64,000 nt of DNA from assembly GCA_000004985.1 (NCBI GenBank), contig GG738852.1; one strand, given 5' to 3'. The DNA comes from Naegleria gruberi. Taxonomy: Eukaryota. This document shows, piece by piece, positions 53,001 to 64,000 of this stretch. Each line of letters starts with the position of its first letter. The stretch's first letter is position 1. The position numbers and the translations under genes were made by a program. The notes under the pieces are model-generated. The model was not told the DNA's origin. It did not search any database and worked only from the letters and a program-made list of their open reading frames with translations.

Positions 53001-56000
53001 NNNNNNNNNNNNNNNNNNNNNNNNNNNNNNNNNNNNNNNNNNNNNNNNNNNNNNNNNNNNNNNNNNNNNNNNNNNNNNNNNNNNNNNNNNNNNNNNNNNN
53101 NNNNNNNNNNNNNNNNNNNNNNNNNNNNNNNNNNNNNNNNNNNNNNNNNNNNNNNNNNNNNNNNNNNNNNNNNNNNNNNNNNNNNNNNNNNNNNNNNNNN
53201 NNNNNNNNNNNNNNNNNNNNNNNNNNNNNNNNNNNNNNNNNNNNNNNNNNNNNNNNNNNNNNNNNNNNNNNNNNNNNNNNNNNNNNNNNNNNNNNNNNNN
53301 NNNNNNNNNNNNNNNNNNNNNNNNNNNNNNNNNNNNNNNNNNNNNNNNNNNNNNNNNNNNNNNNNNNNNNNNNNNNNNNNNNNNNNNNNNNNNNNNNNNN
53401 NNNNNNNNNNNNNNNNNNNNNNNNNNNNNNNNNNNNNNNNNNNNNNNNNNNNNNNNNNNNNNNNNNNNNNNNNNNNNNNNNNNNNNNNNNNNNNNNNNNN
53501 NNNNNNNNNNNNNNNNNNNNNNNNNNNNNNNNNNNNNNNNNNNNNNNNNNNNNNNNNNNNNNNNNNNNNNNNNNNNNNNNNNNNNNNNNNNNNNNNNNNN
53601 NNNNNNNNNNNNNNNNNNNNNNNNNNNNNNNNNNNNNNNNNNNNNNNNNNNNNNNNNNNNNNNNNNNNNNNNNNNNNNNNNNNNNNNNNNNNNNNNNNNN
53701 NNNNNNNNNNNNNNNNNNNNNNNNNNNNNNNNNNNNNNNNNNNNNNNNNNNNNNNNNNNNNNNNNNNNNNNNNNNNNNNNNNNNNNNNNNNNNNNNNNNN
53801 NNNNNNNNNNNNNNNNNNNNNNNNNNNNNNNNNNNNNNNNNNNNNNNNNNNNNNNNNNNNNNNNNNNNNNNNNNNNNNNNNNNNNNNNNNNNNNNNNNNN
53901 NNNNNNNNNNNNNNNNNNNNNNNNNNNNNNNNNNNNNNNNNNNNNNNNNNNNNNNNNNNNNNNNNNNNNNNNNNNNNNNNNNNNNNNNNNNNNNNNNNNN
54001 NNNNNNNNNNNNNNNNNNNNNNNNNNNNNNNNNNNNNNNNNNNNNNNNNNNNNNNNNNNNNNNNNNNNNNNNNNNNNNNNNNNNNNNNNNNNNNNNNNNN
54101 NNNNNNNNNNNNNNNNNNNNNNNNNNNNNNNNNNNNNNNNNNNNNNNNNNNNNNNNNNNNNNNNNNNNNNNNNNNNNNNNNNNNNNNNNNNNNNNNNNNN
54201 NNNNNNNNNNNNNNNNNNNNNNNNNNNNNNNNNNNNNNNNNNNNNNNNNNNNNNNNNNNNNNNNNNNNNNNNNNNNNNNNNNNNNNNNNNNNNNNNNNNN
54301 NNNNNNNNNNNNNNNNNNNNNNNNNNNNNNNNNNNNNNNNNNNNNNNNNNNNNNNNNNNNNNNNNNNNNNNNNNNNNNNNNNNNNNNNNNNNNNNNNNNN
54401 NNNNNNNNNNNNNNNNNNNNNNNNNNNNNNNNNNNNNNNNNNNNNNNNNNNNNNNNNNNNNNNNNNNNNNNNNNNNNNNNNNNNNNNNNNNNNNNNNNNN
54501 NNNNNNNNNNNNNNNNNNNNNNNNNNNNNNNNNNNNNNNNNNNNNNNNNNNNNNNNNNNNNNNNNNNNNNNNNNNNNNNNNNNNNNNNNNNNNNNNNNNN
54601 NNNNNNNNNNNNNNNNNNNNNNNNNNNNNNNNNNNNNNNNNNNNNNNNNNNNNNNNNNNNNNNNNNNNNNNNNNNNNNNNNNNNNNNNNNNNNNNNNNNN
54701 NNNNNNNNNNNNNNNNNNNNNNNNNNNNNNNNNNNNNNNNNNNNNNNNNNNNNNNNNNNNNNNNNNNNNNNNNNNNNNNNNNNNNNNNNNNNNNNNNNNN
54801 NNNNNNNNNNNNNNNNNNNNNNNNNNNNNNNNNNNNNNNNNNNNNNNNNNNNNNNNNNNNNNNNNNNNNNNNNNNNNNNNNNNNNNNNNNNNNNNNNNNN
54901 NNNNNNNNNNNNNNNNNNNNNNNNNNNNNNNNNNNNNNNNNNNNNNNNNNNNNNNNNNNNNNNNNNNNNNNNNNNNNNNNNNNNNNNNNNNNNNNNNNNN
55001 NNNNNNNNNNNNNNNNNNNNNNNNNNNNNNNNNNNNNNNNNNNNNNNNNNNNNNNNNNNNNNNNNNNNNNNNNNNNNNNNNNNNNNNNNNNNNNNNNNNN
55101 NNNNNNNNNNNNNNNNNNNNNNNNNNNNNNNNNNNNNNNNNNNNNNNNNNNNNNNNNNNNNNNNNNNNNNNNNNNNNNNNNNNNNNNNNNNNNNNNNNNN
55201 NNNNNNNNNNNNNNNNNNNNNNNNNNNNNNNNNNNNNNNNNNNNNNNNNNNNNNNNNNNNNNNNNNNNNNNNNNNNNNNNNNNNNNNNNNNNNNNNNNNN
55301 NNNNNNNNNNNNNNNNNNNNNNNNNNNNNNNNNNNNNNNNNNNNNNNNNNNNNNNNNNNNNNNNNNNNNNNNNNNNNNNNNNNNNNNNNNNNNNNNNNNN
55401 NNNNNNNNNNNNNNNNNNNNNNNNNNNNNNNNNNNNNNNNNNNNNNNNNNNNNNNNNNNNNNNNNNNNNNNNNNNNNNNNNNNNNNNNNNNNNNNNNNNN
55501 NNNNNNNNNNNNNNNNNNNNNNNNNNNNNNNNNNNNNNNNNNNNNNNNNNNNNNNNNNNNNNNNNNNNNNNNNNNNNNNNNNNNNNNNNNNNNNNNNNNN
55601 NNNNNNNNNNNNNNNNNNNNNNNNNNNNNNNNNNNNNNNNNNNNNNNNNNNNNNNNNNNNNNNNNNNNNNNNNNNNNNNNNNNNNNNNNNNNNNNNNNNN
55701 NNNNNNNNNNNNNNNNNNNNNNNNNNNNNNNNNNNNNNNNNNNNNNNNNNNNNNNNNNNNNNNNNNNNNNNNNNNNNNNNNNNNNNNNNNNNNNNNNNNN
55801 NNNNNNNNNNNNNNNNNNNNNNNNNNNNNNNNNNNNNNNNNNNNNNNNNNNNNNNNNNNNNNNNNNNNNNNNNNNNNNNNNNNNNNNNNNNNNNNNNNNN
55901 NNNNNNNNNNNNNNNNNNNNNNNNNNNNNNNNNNNNNNNNNNNNNNNNNNNNNNNNNNNNNNNNNNNNNNNNNNNNNNNNNNNNNNNNNNNNNNNNNNNN

Positions 56001-59000
56001 NNNNNNNNNNNNNNNNNNNNNNNNNNNNNNNNNNNNNNNNNNNNNNNNNNNNNNNNNNNNNNNNNNNNNNNNNNNNNNNNNNNNNNNNNNNNNNNNNNNN
56101 NNNNNNNNNNNNNNNNNNNNNNNNNNNNNNNNNNNNNNNNNNNNNNNNNNNNNNNNNNNNNNNNNNNNNNNNNNNNNNNNNNNNNNNNNNNNNNNNNNNN
56201 NNNNNNNNNNNNNNNNNNNNNNNNNNNNNNNNNNNNNNNNNNNNNNNNNNNNNNNNNNNNNNNNNNNNNNNNNNNNNNNNNNNNNNNNNNNNNNNNNNNN
56301 NNNNNNNNNNNNNNNNNNNNNNNNNNNNNNNNNNNNNNNNNNNNNNNNNNNNNNNNNNNNNNNNNNNNNNNNNNNNNNNNNNNNNNNNNNNNNNNNNNNN
56401 NNNNNNNNNNNNNNNNNNNNNNNNNNNNNNNNNNNNNNNNNNNNNNNNNNNNNNNNNNNNNNNNNNNNNNNNNNNNNNNNNNNNNNNNNNNNNNNNNNNN
56501 NNNNNNNNNNNNNNNNNNNNNNNNNNNNNNNNNNNNNNNNNNNNNNNNNNNNNNNNNNNNNNNNNNNNNNNNNNNNNNNNNNNNNNNNNNNNNNNNNNNN
56601 NNNNNNNNNNNNNNNNNNNNNNNNNNNNNNNNNNNNNNNNNNNNNNNNNNNNNNNNNNNNNNNNNNNNNNNNNNNNNNNNNNNNNNNNNNNNNNNNNNNN
56701 NNNNNNNNNNNNNNNNNNNNNNNNNNNNNNNNNNNNNNNNNNNNNNNNNNNNNNNNNNNNNNNNNNNNNNNNNNNNNNNNNNNNNNNNNNNNNNNNNNNN
56801 NNNNNNNNNNNNNNNNNNNNNNNNNNNNNNNNNNNNNNNNNNNNNNNNNNNNNNNNNNNNNNNNNNNNNNNNNNNNNNNNNNNNNNNNNNNNNNNNNNNN
56901 NNNNNNNNNNNNNNNNNNNNNNNNNNNNNNNNNNNNNNNNNNNNNNNNNNNNNNNNNNNNNNNNNNNNNNNNNNNNNNNNNNNNNNNNNNNNNNNNNNNN
57001 NNNNNNNNNNNNNNNNNNNNNNNNNNNNNNNNNNNNNNNNNNNNNNNNNNNNNNNNNNNNNNNNNNNNNNNNNNNNNNNNNNNNNNNNNNNNNNNNNNNN
57101 NNNNNNNNNNNNNNNNNNNNNNNNNNNNNNNNNNNNNNNNNNNNNNNNNNNNNNNNNNNNNNNNNNNNNNNNNNNNNNNNNNNNNNNNNNNNNNNNNNNN
57201 NNNNNNNNNNNNNNNNNNNNNNNNNNNNNNNNNNNNNNNNNNNNNNNNNNNNNNNNNNNNNNNNNNNNNNNNNNNNNNNNNNNNNNNNNNNNNNNNNNNN
57301 NNNNNNNNNNNNNNNNNNNNNNNNNNNNNNNNNNNNNNNNNNNNNNNNNNNNNNNNNNNNNNNNNNNNNNNNNNNNNNNNNNNNNNNNNNNNNNNNNNNN
57401 NNNNNNNNNNNNNNNNNNNNNNNNNNNNNNNNNNNNNNNNNNNNNNNNNNNNNNNNNNNNNNNNNNNNNNNNNNNNNNNNNNNNNNNNNNNNNNNNNNNN
57501 NNNNNNNNNNNNNNNNNNNNNNNNNNNNNNNNNNNNNNNNNNNNNNNNNNNNNNNNNNNNNNNNNNNNNNNNNNNNNNNNNNNNNNNNNNNNNNNNNNNN
57601 NNNNNNNNNNNNNNNNNNNNNNNNNNNNNNNNNNNNNNNNNNNNNNNNNNNNNNNNNNNNNNNNNNNNNNNNNNNNNNNNNNNNNNNNNNNNNNNNNNNN
57701 NNNNNNNNNNNNNNNNNNNNNNNNNNNNNNNNNNNNNNNNNNNNNNNNNNNNNNNNNNNNNNNNNNNNNNNNNNNNNNNNNNNNNNNNNNNNNNNNNNNN
57801 NNNNNNNNNNNNNNNNNNNNNNNNNNNNNNNNNNNNNNNNNNNNNNNNNNNNNNNNNNNNNNNNNNNNNNNNNNNNNNNNNNNNNNNNNNNNNNNNNNNN
57901 NNNNNNNNNNNNNNNNNNNNNNNNNNNNNNNNNNNNNNNNNNNNNNNNNNNNNNNNNNNNNNNNNNNNNNNNNNNNNNNNNNNNNNNNNNNNNNNNNNNN
58001 NNNNNNNNNNNNNNNNNNNNNNNNNNNNNNNNNNNNNNNNNNNNNNNNNNNNNNNNNNNNNNNNNNNNNNNNNNNNNNNNNNNNNNNNNNNNNNNNNNNN
58101 NNNNNNNNNNNNNNNNNNNNNNNNNNNNNNNNNNNNNNNNNNNNNNNNNNNNNNNNNNNNNNNNNNNNNNNNNNNNNNNNNNNNNNNNNNNNNNNNNNNN
58201 NNNNNNNNNNNNNNNNNNNNNNNNNNNNNNNNNNNNNNNNNNNNNNNNNNNNNNNNNNNNNNNNNNNNNNNNNNNNNNNNNNNNNNNNNNNNNNNNNNNN
58301 NNNNNNNNNNNNNNNNNNNNNNNNNNNNNNNNNNNNNNNNNNNNNNNNNNNNNNNNNNNNNNNNNNNNNNNNNNNNNNNNNNNNNNNNNNNNNNNNNNNN
58401 NNNNNNNNNNNNNNNNNNNNNNNNNNNNNNNNNNNNNNNNNNNNNNNNNNNNNNNNNNNNNNNNNNNNNNNNNNNNNNNNNNNNNNNNNNNNNNNNNNNN
58501 NNNNNNNNNNNNNNNNNNNNNNNNNNNNNNNNNNNNNNNNNNNNNNNNNNNNNNNNNNNNNNNNNNNNNNNNNNNNNNNNNNNNNNNNNNNNNNNNNNNN
58601 NNNNNNNNNNNNNNNNNNNNNNNNNNNNNNNNNNNNNNNNNNNNNNNNNNNNNNNNNNNNNNNNNNNNNNNNNNNNNNNNNNNNNNNNNNNNNNNNNNNN
58701 NNNNNNNNNNNNNNNNNNNNNNNNNNNNNNNNNNNNNNNNNNNNNNNNNNNNNNNNNNNNNNNNNNNNNNNNNNNNNNNNNNNNNNNNNNNNNNNNNNNN
58801 NNNNNNNNNNNNNNNNNNNNNNNNNNNNNNNNNNNNNNNNNNNNNNNNNNNNNNNNNNNNNNNNNNNNNNNNNNNNNNNNNNNNNNNNNNNNNNNNNNNN
58901 NNNNNNNNNNNNNNNNNNNNNNNNNNNNNNNNNNNNNNNNNNNNNNNNNNNNNNNNNNNNNNNNNNNNNNNNNNNNNNNNNNNNNNNNNNNNNNNNNNNN

Positions 59001-62000
59001 NNNNNNNNNNNNNNNNNNNNNNNNNNNNNNNNNNNNNNNNNNNNNNNNNNNNNNNNNNNNNNNNNNNNNNNNNNNNNNNNNNNNNNNNNNNNNNNNNNNN
59101 NNNNNNNNNNNNNNNNNNNNNNNNNNNNNNNNNNNNNNNNNNNNNNNNNNNNNNNNNNNNNNNNNNNNNNNNNNNNNNNNNNNNNNNNNNNNNNNNNNNN
59201 NNNNNNNNNNNNNNNNNNNNNNNNNNNNNNNNNNNNNNNNNNNNNNNNNNNNNNNNNNNNNNNNNNNNNNNNNNNNNNNNNNNNNNNNNNNNNNNNNNNN
59301 NNNNNNNNNNNNNNNNNNNNNNNNNNNNNNNNNNNNNNNNNNNNNNNNNNNNNNNNNNNNNNNNNNNNNNNNNNNNNNNNNNNNNNNNNNNNNNNNNNNN
59401 NNNNNNNNNNNNNNNNNNNNNNNNNNNNNNNNNNNNNNNNNNNNNNNNNNNNNNNNNNNNNNNNNNNNNNNNNNNNNNNNNNNNNNNNNNNNNNNNNNNN
59501 NNNNNNNNNNNNNNNNNNNNNNNNNNNNNNNNNNNNNNNNNNNNNNNNNNNNNNNNNNNNNNNNNNNNNNNNNNNNNNNNNNNNNNNNNNNNNNNNNNNN
59601 NNNNNNNNNNNNNNNNNNNNNNNNNNNNNNNNNNNNNNNNNNNNNNNNNNNNNNNNNNNNNNNNNNNNNNNNNNNNNNNNNNNNNNNNNNNNNNNNNNNN
59701 NNNNNNNNNNNNNNNNNNNNNNNNNNNNNNNNNNNNNNNNNNNNNNNNNNNNNNNNNNNNNNNNNNNNNNNNNNNNNNNNNNNNNNNNNNNNNNNNNNNN
59801 NNNNNNNNNNNNNNNNNNNNNNNNNNNNNNNNNNNNNNNNNNNNNNNNNNNNNNNNNNNNNNNNNNNNNNNNNNNNNNNNNNNNNNNNNNNNNNNNNNNN
59901 NNNNNNNNNNNNNNNNNNNNNNNNNNNNNNNNNNNNNNNNNNNNNNNNNNNNNNNNNNNNNNNNNNNNNNNNNNNNNNNNNNNNNNNNNNNNNNNNNNNN
60001 NNNNNNNNNNNNNNNNNNNNNNNNNNNNNNNNNNNNNNNNNNNNNNNNNNNNNNNNNNNNNNNNNNNNNNNNNNNNNNNNNNNNNNNNNNNNNNNNNNNN
60101 NNNNNNNNNNNNNNNNNNNNNNNNNNNNNNNNNNNNNNNNNNNNNNNNNNNNNNNNNNNNNNNNNNNNNNNNNNNNNNNNNNNNNNNNNNNNNNNNNNNN
60201 NNNNNNNNNNNNNNNNNNNNNNNNNNNNNNNNNNNNNNNNNNNNNNNNNNNNNNNNNNNNNNNNNNNNNNNNNNNNNNNNNNNNNNNNNNNNNNNNNNNN
60301 NNNNNNNNNNNNNNNNNNNNNNNNNNNNNNNNNNNNNNNNNNNNNNNNNNNNNNNNNNNNNNNNNNNNNNNNNNNNNNNNNNNNNNNNNNNNNNNNNNNN
60401 NNNNNNNNNNNNNNNNNNNNNNNNNNNNNNNNNNNNNNNNNNNNNNNNNNNNNNNNNNNNNNNNNNNNNNNNNNNNNNNNNNNNNNNNNNNNNNNNNNNN
60501 NNNNNNNNNNNNNNNNNNNNNNNNNNNNNNNNNNNNNNNNNNNNNNNNNNNNNNNNNNNNNNNNNNNNNNNNNNNNNNNNNNNNNNNNNNNNNNNNNNNN
60601 NNNNNNNNNNNNNNNNNNNNNNNNNNNNNNNNNNNNNNNNNNNNNNNNNNNNNNNNNNNNNNNNNNNNNNNNNNNNNNNNNNNNNNNNNNNNNNNNNNNN
60701 NNNNNNNNNNNNNNNNNNNNNNNNNNNNNNNNNNNNNNNNNNNNNNNNNNNNNNNNNNNNNNNNNNNNNNNNNNNNNNNNNNNNNNNNNNNNNNNNNNNN
60801 NNNNNNNNNNNNNNNNNNNNNNNNNNNNNNNNNNNNNNNNNNNNNNNNNNNNNNNNNNNNNNNNNNNNNNNNNNNNNNNNNNNNNNNNNNNNNNNNNNNN
60901 NNNNNNNNNNNNNNNNNNNNNNNNNNNNNNNNNNNNNNNNNNNNNNNNNNNNNNNNNNNNNNNNNNNNNNNNNNNNNNNNNNNNNNNNNNNNNNNNNNNN
61001 NNNNNNNNNNNNNNNNNNNNNNNNNNNNNNNNNNNNNNNNNNNNNNNNNNNNNNNNNNNNNNNNNNNNNNNNNNNNNNNNNNNNNNNNNNNNNNNNNNNN
61101 NNNNNNNNNNNNNNNNNNNNNNNNNNNNNNNNNNNNNNNNNNNNNNNNNNNNNNNNNNNNNNNNNNNNNNNNNNNNNNNNNNNNNNNNNNNNNNNNNNNN
61201 NNNNNNNNNNNNNNNNNNNNNNNNNNNNNNNNNNNNNNNNNNNNNNNNNNNNNNNNNNNNNNNNNNNNNNNNNNNNNNNNNNNNNNNNNNNNNNNNNNNN
61301 NNNNNNNNNNNNNNNNNNNNNNNNNNNNNNNNNNNNNNNNNNNNNNNNNNNNNNNNNNNNNNNNNNNNNNNNNNNNNNNNNNNNNNNNNNNNNNNNNNNN
61401 NNNNNNNNNNNNNNNNNNNNNNNNNNNNNNNNNNNNNNNNNNNNNNNNNNNNNNNNNNNNNNNNNNNNNNNNNNNNNNNNNNNNNNNNNNNNNNNNNNNN
61501 NNNNNNNNNNNNNNNNNNNNNNNNNNNNNNNNNNNNNNNNNNNNNNNNNNNNNNNNNNNNNNNNNNNNNNNNNNNNNNNNNNNNNNNNNNNNNNNNNNNN
61601 NNNNNNNNNNNNNNNNNNNNNNNNNNNNNNNNNNNNNNNNNNNNNNNNNNNNNNNNNNNNNNNNNNNNNNNNNNNNNNNNNNNNNNNNNNNNNNNNNNNN
61701 NNNNNNNNNNNNNNNNNNNNNNNNNNNNNNNNNNNNNNNNNNNNNNNNNNNNNNNNNNNNNNNNNNNNNNNNNNNNNNNNNNNNNNNNNNNNNNNNNNNN
61801 NNNNNNNNNNNNNNNNNNNNNNNNNNNNNNNNNNNNNNNNNNNNNNNNNNNNNNNNNNNNNNNNNNNNNNNNNNNNNNNNNNNNNNNNNNNNNNNNNNNN
61901 NNNNNNNNNNNNNNNNNNNNNNNNNNNNNNNNNNNNNNNNNNNNNNNNNNNNNNNNNNNNNNNNNNNNNNNNNNNNNNNNNNNNNNNNNNNNNNNNNNNN

Positions 62001-64000
62001 NNNNNNNNNNNNNNNNNNNNNNNNNNNNNNNNNNNNNNNNNNNNNNNNNNNNNNNNNNNNNNNNNNNNNNNNNNNNNNNNNNNNNNNNNNNNNNNNNNNN
62101 NNNNNNNNNNNNNNNNNNNNNNNNNNNNNNNNNNNNNNNNNNNNNNNNNNNNNNNNNNNNNNNNNNNNNNNNNNNNNNNNNNNNNNNNNNNNNNNNNNNN
62201 NNNNNNNNNNNNNNNNNNNNNNNNNNNNNNNNNNNNNNNNNNNNNNNNNNNNNNNNNNNNNNNNNNNNNNNNNNNNNNNNNNNNNNNNNNNNNNNNNNNN
62301 NNNNNNNNNNNNNNNNNNNNNNNNNNNNNNNNNNNNNNNNNNNNNNNNNNNNNNNNNNNNNNNNNNNNNNNNNNNNNNNNNNNNNNNNNNNNNNNNNNNN
62401 NNNNNNNNNNNNNNNNNNNNNNNNNNNNNNNNNNNNNNNNNNNNNNNNNNNNNNNNNNNNNNNNNNNNNNNNNNNNNNNNNNNNNNNNNNNNNNNNNNNN
62501 NNNNNNNNNNNNNNNNNNNNNNNNNNNNNNNNNNNNNNNNNNNNNNNNNNNNNNNNNNNNNNNNNNNNNNNNNNNNNNNNNNNNNNNNNNNNNNNNNNNN
62601 NNNNNNNNNNNNNNNNNNNNNNNNNNNNNNNNNNNNNNNNNNNNNNNNNNNNNNNNNNNNNNNNNNNNNNNNNNNNNNNNNNNNNNNNNNNNNNNNNNNN
62701 NNNNNNNNNNNNNNNNNNNNNNNNNNNNNNNNNNNNNNNNNNNNNNNNNNNNNNNNNNNNNNNNNNNNNNNNNNNNNNNNNNNNNNNNNNNNNNNNNNNN
62801 NNNNNNNNNNNNNNNNNNNNNNNNNNNNNNNNNNNNNNNNNNNNNNNNNNNNNNNNNNNNNNNNNNNNNNNNNNNNNNNNNNNNNNNNNNNNNNNNNNNN
62901 NNNNNNNNNNNNNNNNNNNNNNNNNNNNNNNNNNNNNNNNNNNNNNNNNNNNNNNNNNNNNNNNNNNNNNNNNNNNNNNNNNNNNNNNNNNNNNNNNNNN
63001 NNNNNNNNNNNNNNNNNNNNNNNNNNNNNNNNNNNNNNNNNNNNNNNNNNNNNNNNNNNNNNNNNNNNNNNNNNNNNNNNNNNNNNNNNNNNNNNNNNNN
63101 NNNNNNNNNNNNNNNNNNNNNNNNNNNNNNNNNNNNNNNNNNNNNNNNNNNNNNNNNNNNNNNNNNNNNNNNNNNNNNNNNNNNNNNNNNNNNNNNNNNN
63201 NNNNNNNNNNNNNNNNNNNNNNNNNNNNNNNNNNNNNNNNNNNNNNNNNNNNNNNNNNNNNNNNNNNNNNNNNNNNNNNNNNNNNNNNNNNNNNNNNNNN
63301 NNNNNNNNNNNNNNNNNNNNNNNNNNNNNNNNNNNNNNNNNNNNNNNNNNNNNNNNNNNNNNNNNNNNNNNNNNNNNNNNNNNNNNNNNNNNNNNNNNNN
63401 NNNNNNNNNNNNNNNNNNNNNNNNNNNNNNNNNNNNNNNNNNNNNNNNNNNNNNNNNNNNNNNNNNNNNNNNNNNNNNNNNNNNNNNNNNNNNNNNNNNN
63501 NNNNNNNNNNNNNNNNNNNNNNNNNNNNNNNNNNNNNNNNNNNNNNNNNNNNNNNNNNNNNNNNNNNNNNNNNNNNNNNNNNNNNNNNNNNNNNNNNNNN
63601 NNNNNNNNNNNNNNNNNNNNNNNNNNNNNNNNNNNNNNNNNNNNNNNNNNNNNNNNNNNNNNNNNNNNNNNNNNNNNNNNNNNNNNNNNNNNNNNNNNNN
63701 NNNNNNNNNNNNNNNNNNNNNNNNNNNNNNNNNNNNNNNNNNNNNNNNNNNNNNNNNNNNNNNNNNNNNNNNNNNNNNNNNNNNNNNNNNNNNNNNNNNN
63801 NNNNNNNNNNNNNNNNNNNNNNNNNNNNNNNNNNNNNNNNNNNNNNNNNNNNNNNNNNNNNNNNNNNNNNNNNNNNNNNNNNNNNNNNNNNNNNNNNNNN
63901 NNNNNNNNNNNNNNNNNNNNNNNNNNNNNNNNNNNNNNNNNNNNNNNNNNNNNNNNNNNNNNNNNNNNNNNNNNNNNNNNNNNNNNNNNNNNNNNNNNNN
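8001..64000. other. Assembly gap of 56,000 N. No sequence information is available for 87.5% of the window.
   Basis: An uninterrupted run of n from 8001 to the window end. The gap begins inside the pdhX coding sequence. Confidence 0.99.

Overview
Only positions 1-8000 of this 64 kb window contain real sequence. Positions 8001-64000 are one uninterrupted run of N (a 56 kb scaffold gap), and a second 50-nt N block sits at 6914-6963. Anything in the gapped 87% of the window cannot be assessed, so the claim of an undescribed system can be neither supported nor excluded.

The readable 8 kb is a compact eukaryotic locus and looks dictyostelid (social amoeba). Evidence: A-rich aaaATG start contexts, GTATGT...AG introns, poly-Thr/Ser/Asn coding tracts, and a GPI-anchored Cys-rich surface protein. 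Intergenic DNA is only moderately AT-rich (~30-40% GC), so it is not obviously D. discoideum itself.

Contents:
- Seven protein-coding genes with ~200 bp spacers: an N-glycosylated two-TM protein; a secreted Cys-repeat GPI protein; a class-IV (fold-type IV) PLP aminotransferase-like protein; a small 2-exon protein of unknown function; a tail-anchored coiled-coil (SNARE-like topology) protein; a TVP23/FAM18 Golgi membrane protein homolog whose 5' exon is split off; and a pyruvate dehydrogenase protein X / E3-binding protein (PDHX-like) gene whose lipoyl and subunit-binding domains are visible before it runs into the gap.
- One intron-containing tRNA-Leu(AAG) with intact A/B boxes and a T4 terminator.

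The ORF track uses TTG/GTG as starts, so several minus-strand ORFs were trimmed to their first ATG. No bacterial-type, CRISPR or mobile-element features are visible.
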